This document shows, piece after piece, positions 1 through 13,451 of a stretch of DNA of 64,000 nt (its first letter is position 1; each line of letters begins with the position of its first letter). This stretch comes from Anaeramoeba ignava BMAN (taxonomy: Eukaryota; Protista; Anaeramoebae), in the NCBI GenBank assembly GCA_028826165.1, contig JAPDFW010000087.1, positions 186,001 to 250,000 of the forward strand, in the 5' to 3' direction. The notes beneath the pieces are model-generated. The model saw nothing but the letters and a program-made list of their open reading frames with translations, had not been told where the DNA came from and searched no databases. Made by a program: the position numbers and the translations under genes.

Positions 1-153
1 AAAAAATGAAAAAAAAATTTTTAATTAATTTTTTTTCTCCTTTTTCTTTTTCTTTCTTTTTCTTTCTTTTTCTCCTTTTTTTAATTTTAATTTTATTTTT
101 ATTTTTAATTTTTTAATCATTTTTTCTTTTATTTCAAAATAATTAAATAATAA

Positions 154-2614
154 ATGACTGATTCTAAAAATGTTTTATTTGGTTTTTTAATGTTTTTTTT
201 TATTTTTCTATTCGTTATTGCAATTTGGAAATTAACTTTACTTTTTTTAAGAACTCCTCAACTTTATCATCAAAAAGTAAAAACAAAATTCAAATAAAGA
301 AAAGAAAATAAAATTCAAATAAAGAAAACAAAACAAAATTCAAATAAAAGAAAAAATTTTTTACTTAATTTTTGCTTTTTTTTATCTTTTTTCTCAATTA
401 GATTTTCTTCTTCTTAATTAGTATTGGATCTTGTGGAAGAATTGTTTGTTTTTTCTTTCAAACATTCTTTTGGGATTTTTATTCAGATAATTCCAAGAAT
501 ACTTTTAATCCTTTAATGGCTTTTTTTTCAGATTTTTTTTTATCTGCATTTTTTACTTTAATTTTTACATTGTACCTTTTTTTATCATTTAAAATTTTAA
601 GAAGAATTAGAAAAGAATTAAATATTAATTAAATATTAATTAAATATTGATTAAATATTAATTAAATATTGATTAAATATTAATTAAATATTAATTAAAT
701 ATTAATTAAATATTAATTAAATATTAATTAAATATTGATTAAATATAGATTAAATATTGATTAAATATTGATTAAATATTGATTAAATATTGATTAAATA
801 TTGATTAAATATTGATTAAATATTGATTAAATATTAATTAAATATTAATTAAATATTAATTAAATATTAATTAAATATTGATTAAATATTAATTAAATAT
901 TGATTAAATATTGATTAAATATTAATTAAATATTGATTAAATATTAATTAAATATTAATTAAATATTAATTAAATATTAATTAAATATTAATTAAATATT
1001 AATTAAATATTAATTAAATATTAATTAAATATTAATTAAATATTAATTAAATATTAATAATTAAATATTAATTAAATATTAATTAAATAAATATTAATTA
1101 AATATTAATTAAATATTAATTAAATATTAATTAAATATTAATTAAATATTGATTAAATCAAATATTTAAATATTGATTTAAATATTAATTAAAATATTGA
1201 TTAAAAATATTAATTAAATATTAATTAAATATTGATTAAATATTAATTAAATATTAATTAAATATTAATTAAATATTGGAATTAAATATTAATTAAATAT
1301 TAATTAAATATTAATTAAATATTAATTAAATATTAATTAAATATTAATTAAATATTAATTAAATATTTAATTAAATATTAATTAAATATTAAATATTAAT
1401 TAAATATTGATTAAATATTAATAAATATTAATTAAATATTGATTAAAAATATTTAAATATTGATTAAATATTAATTAAATAATTAAATATTGATTAAATA
1501 ATTAAATATTATTAAATAATTAAATATTAAATAATTAAATATTAATTAAATATTGATTAAATATTGATTAAATATTAATTAAATATTGATTAAATATTAA
1601 TAAAATTAAATATTAATTAAATATTATTAAATATTAATTAAATATTGATTAAATATTGATTAAATATTAATAAATATTAATTAAATATTGATTAAATATT
1701 AGATTAAATATTGATTAAATATTAATTAAATATTGATTAAATATTGGTATTAATTAAATATTAATTAAATATTAATTAAATATTGATTAAATATTGATTA
1801 AATATTGATTAAATATTAATTAAATATTAAATAATTAAATATTGATTAAAATTAATTAAATATTTAAATATTAATTAAATATTGATTAAATATTGATTAA
1901 ATATTAATTAAATATTAATTAAATATTAATTAAATATTAATTAAATATTAATTAAATATTAATTAAATATTGATTAAATATTGATTAAATATTGATTAAA
2001 TATTAATTAAATATTGATTAAATATTAATTAAATATTGATTAAATTTAGAGCGCAAGTCAATTTCCAAGTGAAAAATTTCTCACCATTAGATGCAAAACA
2101 TCAACTTCGAAATTTTATTATAGTATTCACATTAACGAACGTAGTAGTTTATGCAGTTCACATACCACTTATTGCAACACATACAGATAAATTAAATTTT
2201 TTCCTTGTTTCTATGTATAGTATTTGCGCAATTGGATTACTTGGATACAGTTCTTTACTTCTTTCAAGTTTTTATAAAAAAAGACCAATGGCAAATGTTA
2301 TGATTATCAAAAAAATATTTTATGTTTTATTAGCTTCAACAATTTGTTATATCTTAAGAATCCCTATTTTAATTATTGGAAATTTAAACTCAGATGATAT
2401 TTCTGATAATCAATATGCTCTTATTTCTTTTTTTTATTATTTGATTTGCGAAATTTTACCGTTGTGTTTAATCATATTTGTTCTTTTTGTTTCTCCTCCA
2501 AAAAGAAATAAATGTAAGTTTTTAATCCAAAAATTTTTCCAATTTATTTTTGACACTTTTTTTTTCTTTCTTTTTTTAGATGAAATTACCGAAAATAATA
2601 CAATGCTACAATAA
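154..2614 (+). CDS. Multi-pass (about 7 TM) membrane protein, TOM1/THH1/GPR137-like; exons 154-276, 402-571, 2050-2513, 2580-2614
   Basis: Manual splicing at GT/AG sites gives one open frame: MTDSKNVLFGFLMFFFIFLFVIAIWKL...HQK|IFFFLISIGSCGRIVCFF...FFLSAFFTLIFTL|AQVNF...FFYYLICEILPLCLIIFVLF...|YEITENNTMLQ*. It has several hydrophobic segments and a YYxxxEILP motif in the last helix. Family assigned from memory. Confidence 0.7.
620..2045. repeat. 11-bp satellite (ATATTAATTAA / ATATTGATTAA)n filling intron 2 (572-2049) of the 7TM gene
   Basis: Directly visible tandem repeat. Confidence 0.95.
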
Positions 2615-2774
2615 GGACTTTTTTATCTTTTCTTTTTCTTTTTTTGTATTTTTCTCCTTTCAAATCGTTCTTAAACAACGGTTCATAAAATTAAATTTTC
2701 TTTTTATTTTTATTTTTATTTTTTTAAAAAAAAGAAAATTTAATTTGGAAATGAGATTATTTTATTTAACAATT

Positions 2775-4403
2775 TCATTTTCTTGAATAACGATGTCTTT
2801 TTTTTTCTTGACTATTTGAATTATGATGATGATGATGATGATGACGAGAATAATAATTTTTTTTATTTGAACTTCTATGTTTATGATAAGAATAAGAATC
2901 AGAATTTGATTTTGAATTTGATTTTGATTTTGAATTTGATTTTGAATTTGATTTTGATTTTGATTTTGATTTTGATTTTGATTTTGATTTTGATTTTGAT
3001 TTTGATTTTGATTTTGATTTTGATTTTGAATTTGGTTTTGATTTTGAATTTGAATTTGAATTTGAATAAGATTTTCTTTTATGAGTTTTATTTTTTCTTT
3101 TTTTTTCTTTTGAATTATTTTGGTTTTGATTTTGATTTTGATTTTGATTTTGATTTTGATTTTGAATTTGATTTTGATTTTCATTTTGATTTTGATTTTG
3201 ATTTTGATTTTGATTTTGATTTTGATTTTGATTTTCATTTTGATTTTGATTTTGATTTTGATTTTGAATTTCTTTTTGATTTTGATTTTGAATTTCTTTT
3301 TGATCTGTTTTATGAAGTTGTTTTGAATGAGTTCTTGAATGATAATTTGAATGATAATTTGAATTATGATGTGAATTATGATGTGAATGATGATTTGAAT
3401 GATAATTTGAATGATGATTTGAATGATAATGTGAGTTATTATGTGAATGGTGATATGAATGATATCTTGAATCTCTTCCTAATTTATTTTCGAAATCTTG
3501 TTTTGAGGAAACAATATTATTTATAGATTTTTCTTGATCTTCAACATTATTTTTATCAAATAATGAAGAATTTGATTCTCTTTTATCTTTTAAATCTTTA
3601 TTATCTTTATCTTTTTTATCTTTATCTTTTGAATCTTTATTATCTTTTTTATCTTTATCTTTTGAATCTTTTTTATCTTTATCTTTTGAATCTTTTTTAT
3701 CTTTATCTTTTGAATCTTTATTATCTTTTTTATCTTTATCTTTATTATCTTTTGAATCTTTTGAATCTTTTTTATCTTTTTTATCTTTATTTTTATTATC
3801 TTTATCTTTTGAATCTTTTTTATCTTTATCTTTTGAATCTTTATCTTTTTTATCTTTATTATCTTTTTTATCTTTTTTATCTTTTAAATGTTTTGAATCT
3901 TTTGAATCTTTTTTATGTTTTGAATCAGAAGTTGAATCAGAAGTTGAAGTTGAATCTGAAGTTGAATCTGAATCTGAAGTTGAATCTGAAGTTGAAGTTG
4001 AATCTGAATCTGAATCTGAATCTGAAGTTGAATCAGAAGTTGAATCAGAAGTTGAAGTTGAATCTGATTTTTTTTCTTTTATTTTTTCATTTCCATTTTT
4101 CTTTTTTGATGGAATCTGAATATCTAATTTTTGTAAAGGTGCATTTAAAGAAGGATTCAAAATTCTTTGAGTTCTTGAAGGACGAGCAGGATAAACTCTT
4201 GGATTTGTACATTGATAAGTCCAATGATCTGTTTGAAAGCATTTTTGACAAAATTTAGATTCTTCTTCTTCTTTTTTTCGATAATGAACAACTGCTGCTT
4301 TTTCATCTGTGTTTAATAAAAGCAATCTTCTTTCTTCTTTTCTTATCTGCCATTTTGATAATTGTTGTTGTCCTATTACAACTCTATTTCCTTTTCTTGA
4401 CAT
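2775..4403 (-). CDS. ZCCHC10: Zinc-knuckle protein, ZCCHC10-like, with long low-complexity tail (SD/ST, KD, H/N, QN, SK blocks)
   Basis: [14 protein letters not shown] knuckle followed by [14 protein letters not shown], typical of the ZCCHC10 family; 542-aa ORF. Confidence 0.75.
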   Translation of the reverse strand: MSRKGNRVVIGQQQLSKWQIRKEERRLLLLNTDEKAAVVHYRKKEEEESKFCQKCFQTDHWTYQCTNPRVYPARPSRTQRILNPSLNAPLQKLDIQIPSKKKNGNEKIKEKKSDSTSTSDSTSDSTSDSDSDSDSTSTSDSTSDSDSTSDSTSTSDSTSDSKHKKDSKDSKHLKDKKDKKDNKDKKDKDSKDKDKKDSKDKDNKNKDKKDKKDSKDSKDNKDKDKKDNKDSKDKDKKDSKDKDKKDSKDKDKKDNKDSKDKDKKDKDNKDLKDKRESNSSLFDKNNVEDQEKSINNIVSSKQDFENKLGRDSRYHSYHHSHNNSHYHSNHHSNYHSNHHSHHNSHHNSNYHSNYHSRTHSKQLHKTDQKEIQNQNQKEIQNQNQNQNQNENQNQNQNQNQNQNQNQNENQNQIQNQNQNQNQNQNQNQNNSKEKKRKNKTHKRKSYSNSNSNSKSKPNSKSKSKSKSKSKSKSKSKSKSKSKSKSNSKSNSKSKSNSKSNSDSYSYHKHRSSNKKNYYSRHHHHHHHNSNSQEKKRHRYSRK

Positions 4404-4500
4404 TTTTTAAATAAAAAAAAAATGAAAAAAAATGAAAAAAAAATATTTTTAATTTTTCATTTTTTTTTTTTAATTTTTTTTTTAAAAACAATAAAACAAA
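4397..4500. promoter_or_regulatory. Compact (97 bp) bidirectional promoter, near-identical to 13351-13451
   Basis: Divergent ATGs at 4403(-) and 4501(+); opposing AAAATGA and TCATTTT motifs; second copy seen at 13351-13451. Confidence 0.6.
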
Positions 4501-7500
4501 ATGCAACAACAAAACACAAATCAAAACACACAAAACACACAAAATAACACAAATTCAAATGAAAATCAAAACACAAATCAATTAAAACAAGTTTATGAAG
4601 CAATAAGAACAAATAATATTCAATTTTTTAATTCAATTCCAACTTTGAAAACAACAGAACAATTTGAAAAAGAAAATAAACCTTTTTTAAATTATGCTTT
4701 TGAACAAAAAATAAAAAATGAAATTATTCAAAAACTTATTGAAAAAGAAACTAATTTAAATTGGTTTGATAAATACAGAAATAATCCTTTACATATTGCT
4801 TTGAAAAATAAATACCCAAAAGAAATTATTGAATTATTAATTTCCAAAGGTTCTGATATTAATTCAAAAAATAATCAAAATGAAATACCTTTACATATTG
4901 CTTTGAAAAATCAATATTCAAAAGAAATTATTGAATTATTAATTTCCAAAGGATCTAATATTAATTCAAAAAATAATTTAAATGAAATACCTTTACATAT
5001 TGCTTTGCAAAATAAATATTCAAAAGAAATTATTGAATTATTAATTTCCAAAGGATCTGATATTAATTCAAAAAATGATTGGAATCAAATACCTTTACAT
5101 ATTGCTTTGATATACAAAAATCCAAAAGAAATTATTGAATTATTAATTTCCAATGGATCTGATATTAATTCAAAAAATTATTGGAATGAAATACCTTTAC
5201 ATATTGCTTTGCAAAATAAATATTCAAAAGAAATTATTGAATTATTAATTTCCAAAGGATCTGATATTAATTCAAAAAATAATTTAAATGAAATACCTTT
5301 ACATATTGCTTTGAAAAACCAATATCCAAATGAAATTATTGAATTATTAATTTCCAAAGAATCTGATATTAATTCAAAAAATAATTTAAATGAAATACCT
5401 TTACATATTGCTTTGCAAAATAAATATTCAAAAGAAATTATTGAATTATTAATTTCCAATGAATCTAATCTTAATTCAAAAATAGATGGAAAAGAAATAC
5501 CTTTACATATTGCTTTGAGATACCAAAATACAAAAGAAATTATTAAATTATTAATTTCCAAAGAATCTGATATTAATTCAAAAAATAATGAAAATGAAAT
5601 ACCTTTACATATTGCTTTGAAAAATAAATATCCAAAAGAGATTATTGAATTATTAATTTCCAAAGGATCTGATATTAATTCAAAAAATAATGAAAATCAA
5701 ATACCTTTACATATTGCTTTGAAAAACCAAAATTCAAATGAAATTATTGAATTATTAATTTCCAAAGAATCTGATATTAATTCAAAAAATAATCAAAATG
5801 AAATACCTTTACATATTGCTTTGAAAAATAAATATTCAAAAGAAATTATTAAATTATTAATTTCCAAAGGATCTGATATTAATTCAAAAAATAATTTAAA
5901 TCAAATACCTTTACATATTGCTTTGGAAAATAAATACTCAAACGAAATTATTAAATTATTAATTTTCAAAGGTTCTAATATTAATTCAAAAAATTATTGG
6001 AATGAAATACCTTTACATATTGCTTTGCAAAATAAATATCCAAAAGAAATTATTGAATTATTAATTTCCAAAAGATCTGATATTAATTCAAAAAATGATT
6101 GGAATCAAATACCTTTACATATTGCTTTGATATACAAAAATCCAAAAGAGATTATTGAATTATTAATTTCCAATGGATCTGATATTAATTCAAAAAATAA
6201 ATGGAATGAAATACCTTTACATTTTGCTTTGAAAAACAAATATTCAAAAGAAATTATTAAATTATTAATTTCCAAAGGATCTGATATTAATTCAAAAAAT
6301 AATCAAAATGAAATACCTTTACATATTGCTTTGAAAAACCAATATCCAAATGAAATTATTGAATTATTAATTTCCAATGAATCTGATATTAATTCAAAAA
6401 ATAATGAAAATGAAATACCTTTACATATTGCTTTGAAAAATAAATATCCAAAAGAAATTATTGAATTATTAATTTCCAATGAATCTAATCTTAATTCAAA
6501 AATAGATGGAAAAGAAATACCTTTACATTTTGCTTTGAAAAATAAATATTCAAAAGAAATTATTGAATTATTAATTTCTAAAGGATCTGATATTAATTCA
6601 AAAAATAATCAAAATGAAATACCTTTACATATTGCTTTGAAAAATAAATATCCAAAAGAAATTATTGAATTATTAATTTCCAATGAATCTAATCTTAATT
6701 CAAAAATAGATGGAAAAGAAATACCTTTACATTTTGCTTTGAAAAATAAATATTCAAAAGAAATTATTGAATTATTAATTTCCAAAGGATCTGATATTAA
6801 TTCAAAAATAGATGGAAAAGAAATACCTTTACATTTTGCTTTGAAAAATAAATATTCAAAACAAATTATTAAATTATTAATTTCCAAAGGATCTGATATT
6901 AATTCAAAAATAGATGGAAAAGAAATACCTTTACATTTTGCTTTGAAAAATAAATATTCAAAAGAAATTATTAAATTATTAATTTCCAAAGGTTCTGATA
7001 TTAATTCAAAAATAGATGGAAAAGAAATACCTTTACATTTTGCTTTGAAAAATAAATATTCAAAACAAATTATTAAATTATTAATTTCCAAAGGATCTGA
7101 TATTAATTCAAAAATAGATGGAAAAGAAATACCTTTACATTTTGCTTTGAAAAATAAATATCCAAATGAAATTATTAAATTATTAATTTCTAAAGGTTCT
7201 GATATTAATTCAAAAAATAATCAAAATGAAATACCTTTACATATTGCTTTGAAAAATAAATATCCAAATGAAATTATTGAATTATTAATTTCCAAAGAAT
7301 CTGATATTAATTCAAAAAATAATCAAAATGAAATACCTTTACATATTGCTTTGCAAAATAAATATTCAAAAGAAATTATTGAATTATTAATTTCCAAAGG
7401 ATCTGATATTAATTCAAAAATAGATGGAAAAGAAATACCTTTACATTTTGCTTTGAAAAACCAAAATTCAAAAGAAATCATTGAATTATTAATTTCCAAA

Positions 7501-10343
7501 GGATCTGATATTAATTCAAAAAATAATCAAAATGAAATACCTTTACATATTGCTTTGAAAAATAAATATTCAAATGAAATTATTAAATTATTAATTTCCA
7601 AAGGATCTGATATTAATTCAAAAAATAATCAAAATGAAATACCTTTACATTTTGCTTTGAAAAACCAATATCCAAATGAAATTATTGAATTATTAATTTC
7701 CAATGAATCTGATATTAATTCAAAAAATAATCAAAATGAAATACCTTTACATATTGCTTTGAAAAATCAATATTCAAAAGAAATTATTGAATTATTAATT
7801 TCCAAAGGATCTGATATTAATTTAATAAATAAATGGAATGAAATATCTTTAAATAATGCTTTGAAAAATAAATATCCAAATGAAATTATTGAATTATTAA
7901 TTTCCAAAGGATCTAATATTAATTCAAAAAATAATGAAAATGAAATACCTTTACATATTGCTTTGAAAAATAAATATTCAAATGAAATTATTGAATTATT
8001 AATTTCCAAAGGATCTAATATTAATTCAAAAAATAATGAAAAAGAAATACCTTTACATATTAATTGAAAAATAAATATTCAAAAGAAAATTAAAAAGAAA
8101 GGATCTGATATTAATTCAAAAATAATCAAAATCAAATACTTACTTTTGAAATTATTGAATTATTAATTTCCAAAGGATCTAATATTAATTCAAAAAATAA
8201 TCAAAATCAAATACCTTTACATATTGCTTTGAAAAATAAATATCCAAATGAAATTATTGAATTATTAATTTCCAAAGAATCTGATATTAATTCAAAAAAT
8301 GATTGGAATCAAATACCTTTACATATTGCTTTACAAAATAAATATCCAAAAGAAATTATTGAATTATTAATTTCTAAAGGATCTGATATTAATTCAAAAA
8401 ATTATCAAAATGAAATATCTTTAAATAATGCTTTGAAAAATAAATATCCAAATGAAATTATTGAATTATTAATTTCCAAAGGTTCTAATATTAATACAAA
8501 AAATAATTGGAATGAAATACCTTTACATATTGCTTTGATATACAAAAATCAATATTCAAAAGAAATTATTAAATTATTAATTTCCAAAGGTTCTGATATT
8601 AATTCAAAAAATAATAAAAATGAAATACCTTTACATATTGCTTTGAAAAATAAATATCTAAAAGAAATTATTGAATTATTAATTTCCAATGAATCTGATA
8701 TTAATTCAAAAAATAAATGGAATGAAATACCTTTACATATTGCTTTGAAAAATAAATACCCAAAAGAAATTATTGAATTATTAATTTCCAAAGGATCTGA
8801 TATTAATTCAAAAAATAATCAAAATCAAATACCTTTACATATTGCTTTACAAAATAAAAATCCAAATGAAATTATTGAATTATTAATTTCCAAAGGATCT
8901 GATATTAATTCAAAAAATAATAAAAATGAAATACCTTTACATATTGCTTTGGAAAAGAAATATTCAAAAGAAATTATAATTTTATTAATGAGAGATTTGA
9001 ATATTTTTGAATTGAAAGAAAATGAAATTAATCAAGAAATGATTGATTTATTTCCAAAAATTTATTCATTTAATGATGATTTAAACAATTTTTTGAAATC
9101 AAATGAATTTAAAGATATTGAAATTAAAAGTAGTGATAATGAAATATTTAAAGCTCATAATCAATTTTTATTAATTAGATTTAATAATAACCAAAAAAAT
9201 TTAACAAGATTTATTAATATTTGCAGAAGAAAACCAAAAGAAATTATTCAATTTGCATTAAATTTTCTTTATACAGGATTTATTGATTTTGATAAATTTA
9301 TTGAAAAATTTAATAATCAATTTATTCAAAATGAAACAAAAAATGATTCAAATTCAAATTCAAATTATCAATTTTTATTTTCAAATGAAATTGAATTTGA
9401 AAAACAAAAAAAAGAACAAGAATTAATTTTAAATGAAATTGAAAATAAAAATGAAGAATTTAAAAAAGGATTAATTTATGATTTATTTGAAGAAACAGGA
9501 TTTGATTTAAAATGGATTAAAGAAAAAGAAGGAATAAAAGGAATATTAAAAGATTTTGAAGAATTTTATCAACAAAATGAAACTAAAGATTTTACAATAA
9601 TTATTGAAGAAAAAGAAATTAAAGTTCATAAATTAATATTACAAATAAGAAGCGAATTATTTAAAGGAATGTTTTTAAGTGTTAATGATCCATCAAATCA
9701 AGTTCATGAATATTCAAAAAAATCATTTGAAACAATTCAACAATTAATTTATTTTCTTTATTATGATAAAATTGATGAAACAAAATTAACCAAAGAAAAT
9801 ATTGAAGAATTTACTGATTTAAAAGATTTTTATCAATTAAACCAAAAATCAATTTTAGGATCTTATTTACTTGATTTTTATCACAAATATTTATCAAAAA
9901 ATCAATATCAAAATCAAAATAAAAATAAAAACAAAAACAAAAAAAATAACCCAAAGCAAAACACAAATCAAATCACACAAAATAAAAATCAAAATCAAAA
10001 TCAAAATCAAAATCAAAATCAAAATCAAAATCAAAATCAAAATCAAAATCAAAATCAAAATCAAAATCAAAATCAAAATCAAAATCAAAATCAAAACCAA
10101 AATCAATATCCAAATCAATATCCAAATCAAAATCAAAATCAAAATCAAAATCAAAATCAAAATCAAAATCAAAATCAAAATCAAAATCAAAATCAAAATC
10201 AAAATCAAAATCAAAATCAAAATCAAAATCAAAATCAAAACCAAAATCAAAATCCAAAATCAATATCCAAAATCAAAATCAAAATCAAAATCAAAATCAA
10301 TATCCAAATCAATATCCAAATCAATATTCAAATCAATATTTAA
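4501..10343 (+). CDS. Intronless ankyrin-repeat (about 42 x 99-bp repeats) tandem-BTB protein with Q/N tail; frame break at about 8060-8150
   Basis: ORFs 4501-8067 and 8229-10343 carry the same 33-aa unit (NEIPLHIALKNKYSKEIIELLISKGSDINSKN). They are followed by BTB motifs FKDIEI...FKAH and KDFTIII...VHKLILQIRSELFKGMF. The garbled junction looks like a consensus error or a recent lesion, and the true stop is uncertain. Confidence 0.8.
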
Positions 10344-12425
10344 ATCAATATTTAAATCAAAATTTAAATCAAAATCAAAATTTAAATCAAAATCAAAATT
10401 TAAATCAAAATCAAAATTTAAATCAAAATCAAAATCAAATTCAAAATCAAAATCAAAATCAAAATCAAAATCAAAATCAAAATCAATATCCAAATCAATA
10501 TCCAAATCAATATTCAAATCAATATTCAAATCAATATTCAAATCAATATTTAAATCAATTTCCAAATCAATATCCAAATCAAAATCAAAATCAATATTTA
10601 AATCAATATTTAAATCAAAATTTAAATCAATATTCAAATCAATATTCAAATCAATATTTAAATCAATATTTAAATCAATATTCAAATCAATATCCAAATC
10701 AATATTTAAATCAAATTCAAAATCAATATTCAAATCAATATCCAAATCAATTTTCAAATCAATTTCAAAATCAATTTCCAAATCAATTTCAAAATCAATT
10801 TCAAAATCAATTTCCAAATCAATTTCAAAATCAATTTCCAAATCAATTTCCAAATCAATATCCAAATCAATTTCCAAATCAATTTCCAAATCAATATTTA
10901 AATCAATATTTAAATCAAATTCAAAATCAAAATCAAAATCAATATTTAAATCAAATTCAAAATCAAAATCAAAATCAAAATCAAAATGAAAATCAAAATC
11001 AAAATCAAAATCAAAATCAAAATCAAAATCAAAATCAAAATCAAATTCAAATTCAAAATCAAAATCAAATATTTAAATCAAATTCAAAATCAAAATCTAA
11101 ATCAAAATCAAAATTAAATTCAAATCAAAATCAAAATCAAAACCAAAATCAATATCCAAATCAATATTCAAATCAAAATCAAAATTAAATTCCAAATCAA
11201 TTTCCAAATCAATTTCAAAATCAATATTCAAATCAATTTTCAAATCAATTTTCAAATCAATTTCCAAATCAATTTCAAAATCAATTTCAAAATCAATTTC
11301 CAAATCAATATTCAAATCAAAATCAAAATCAAAATAAAAATAAAAATCAAAATCAAAATCAATTTCAAATTCAAAATCAAATTCAAAATCAAAATCAATT
11401 TCAAAATCAAAATTAAATTCCAAATCAATTTTCCAAATCAATTTCAAAATCAATATCCAAATCAATTTCCAAATCAATTTCCAAATCAATTTCCAAATCA
11501 ATTTCCAAATCAATTTCCAAATCAATTTCCAAATCAATTTCCAAATCAATTTCCAAATCAATATCCAAATCAATATCCAAATCAATATCCAAATCAATAT
11601 TTAAATCAATTTCCAAATCAATATTTAAATCAATTTCCAAATCAATTTCCAAATCAATTTCCAAATCAATTTCCAAATCAATATTTAAATCAATTTCCAA
11701 ATCAATTTCCAAATCAATTTCCAAATCAATTTCCAAATCAATATCCAAATCAATATTTAAATCAATTTCCAAATCAATATTTAAATCAATATTCAAATCA
11801 ATATTCAAATCAATATTTAAATCAAAATTTAAATCAATTTCCAAATCAATATTTAAATCAAAATCAATATTTAAATCAATATTAAAATTCAAATCAATAT
11901 TTAAATCAATATTAAAATTCAAATCAATATTTAAATCAATATCCAAATCAATATTCAAATCAATATTCAAATCAATATTTAAATCAAAATCAAAATCAAT
12001 ATTTAAATCAATATTTAAATCAATATTTAAATCAATATTTAAATCAATATTCAAATCAATATTTAAATCAATATTCAAATCAATATTCAAATCAATATTT
12101 AAATAAAATATTTAAATCAATATTTAAATCAATATTCAAATCAATATTTAAATAAAATATTTAAATCAATTTCAAAATCAATTTCCAAATCAATTTCAAA
12201 ATCAAAATCAATATCAATATCAAAATCAAAATCAAAATCAAAATCAAAATCAAAATCAATTTTCAAATCAATTTTCAAATCAATATTTAAATCAAAATCA
12301 ATATTTAAATCAATATTTAAATCAATATTTAAATCAATATTTAAATCAAATATTTAAATTAATATTTAAATCAATATCTAAATCAATTTCAAAATTAAAT
12401 TCAAATCAAAATCAAAATTAAATTC
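9900..12425 (+). repeat. 6/12-bp repeat array (CAAAAT; CAATATCCAAAT, CAATTTCCAAAT, CAATATTTAAAT) readable as QN/QYPN/QFPN/QYLN
   Basis: Visible tandem repeats, continuous with the QN-rich end of the ankyrin-BTB ORF. Confidence 0.85.
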
Positions 12426-12571
12426 AAAAAATAAAAATGAATTTCTCTTTCAAATTTTTTATCAATTTTGTGTTTTGTTTTAAATGAAAAAAGAAATGAA
12501 AATGAATTTTGTTAATTGATTTAATTTGAAATTTGAAATCAAAAAAGAAAAAAGAAAAGAAAAAAAAAGAA

Positions 12572-13357
12572 TTAATTTTTGTTTGAAGTATCATAATCAA
12601 TTTCTTTTTTCTTAACAACTTCTTGAAACATTGGATCAAAAGAACTCAATCTTTTAAAAAGAATATTGTTAGCGATTTTTTCAATTTCTTCCAAAATGGG
12701 ATTTAAAATCAAACCAGAAATCCAATTATCAATAGAAACAATAGCTTCATAACATTGTTGATTTTCACAAGAAGGATCTAAAAACTTTCGATAGCAATGA
12801 GTTAATAAATCGAACAACGCAAAAATAACTTGGAAATAATCAAACTTAGAAGTGTTTACTTTTGGAAGTATTAAAAATTGATAATTAATATTTGAATCAT
12901 CAGATAAAAAAGTTTTTGATTTCACTGTTTGTGTGTCATCTCCAACATTCAATTTGATTTTTTTGAATCTTCTAACTTTAAATTCGCTTGAATATTCTTC
13001 GAATAGTGAAGCTAAAGATTGAAGATAGTTTGGTCCGTTTGGGATTTGAAGAAACGGGCCGAGACTTAGACCAAGGAAGAAGAATAAATTTGTTCTATTT
13101 TTCAATTTAATTTTTTAATTTAATTTTTTAATTTAATTTTTTAATTTAATTTTTTTAATTTATTTTTTTCAAATAAACCTCGTTCTTAAAATGGTTTGTG
13201 AATTTGTATAAAATGATGAAATGTCTGTTTGTGTAAGTGAAACTATATTTAACCAATATACTTCACCTTCATGTAATCTTTTTAAATAATCAAAATTATT
13301 CGTTCTTTTGGTTACAAGATTTTCTAATAATCCAAAATAATCAGTTCCAATTGACAT
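12572..13357 (-). CDS. Conserved-looking hypothetical protein; exons 13357-13179 and 13094-12572
   Basis: ORFs 13169-13357 and 12572-13105 join in frame through an 84-nt GT-AG intron (phase 2): ...TILRTR|TNLFFFLGLSLG...; normal globular composition. Family not recognised. Confidence 0.7.
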
Positions 13358-13451
13358 TTTTTAAATAAAAAAAATGAAAAAAAATGAAAAAAAAATATTT
13401 TTAATTTTTCATTTTTTTTTGAACTTTTTTTTTTAAAAACAATAAAACAAA

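Noticed and set aside
572-582. Donor GTACCTTTT resembling a U12-type 5' splice site (GTATCCTTT)
   Set aside because: One base short of the consensus, and no TCCTTAAC-like branch point near the acceptor at 2049.
2762-12090. Antisense and alternate-frame ORFs over the ZCCHC10-like gene, the ankyrin array and the QN array (MEINNSIISF..., DFDF..., KSKS...)
   Set aside because: Shadows of repetitive coding sequence with no independent protein features.
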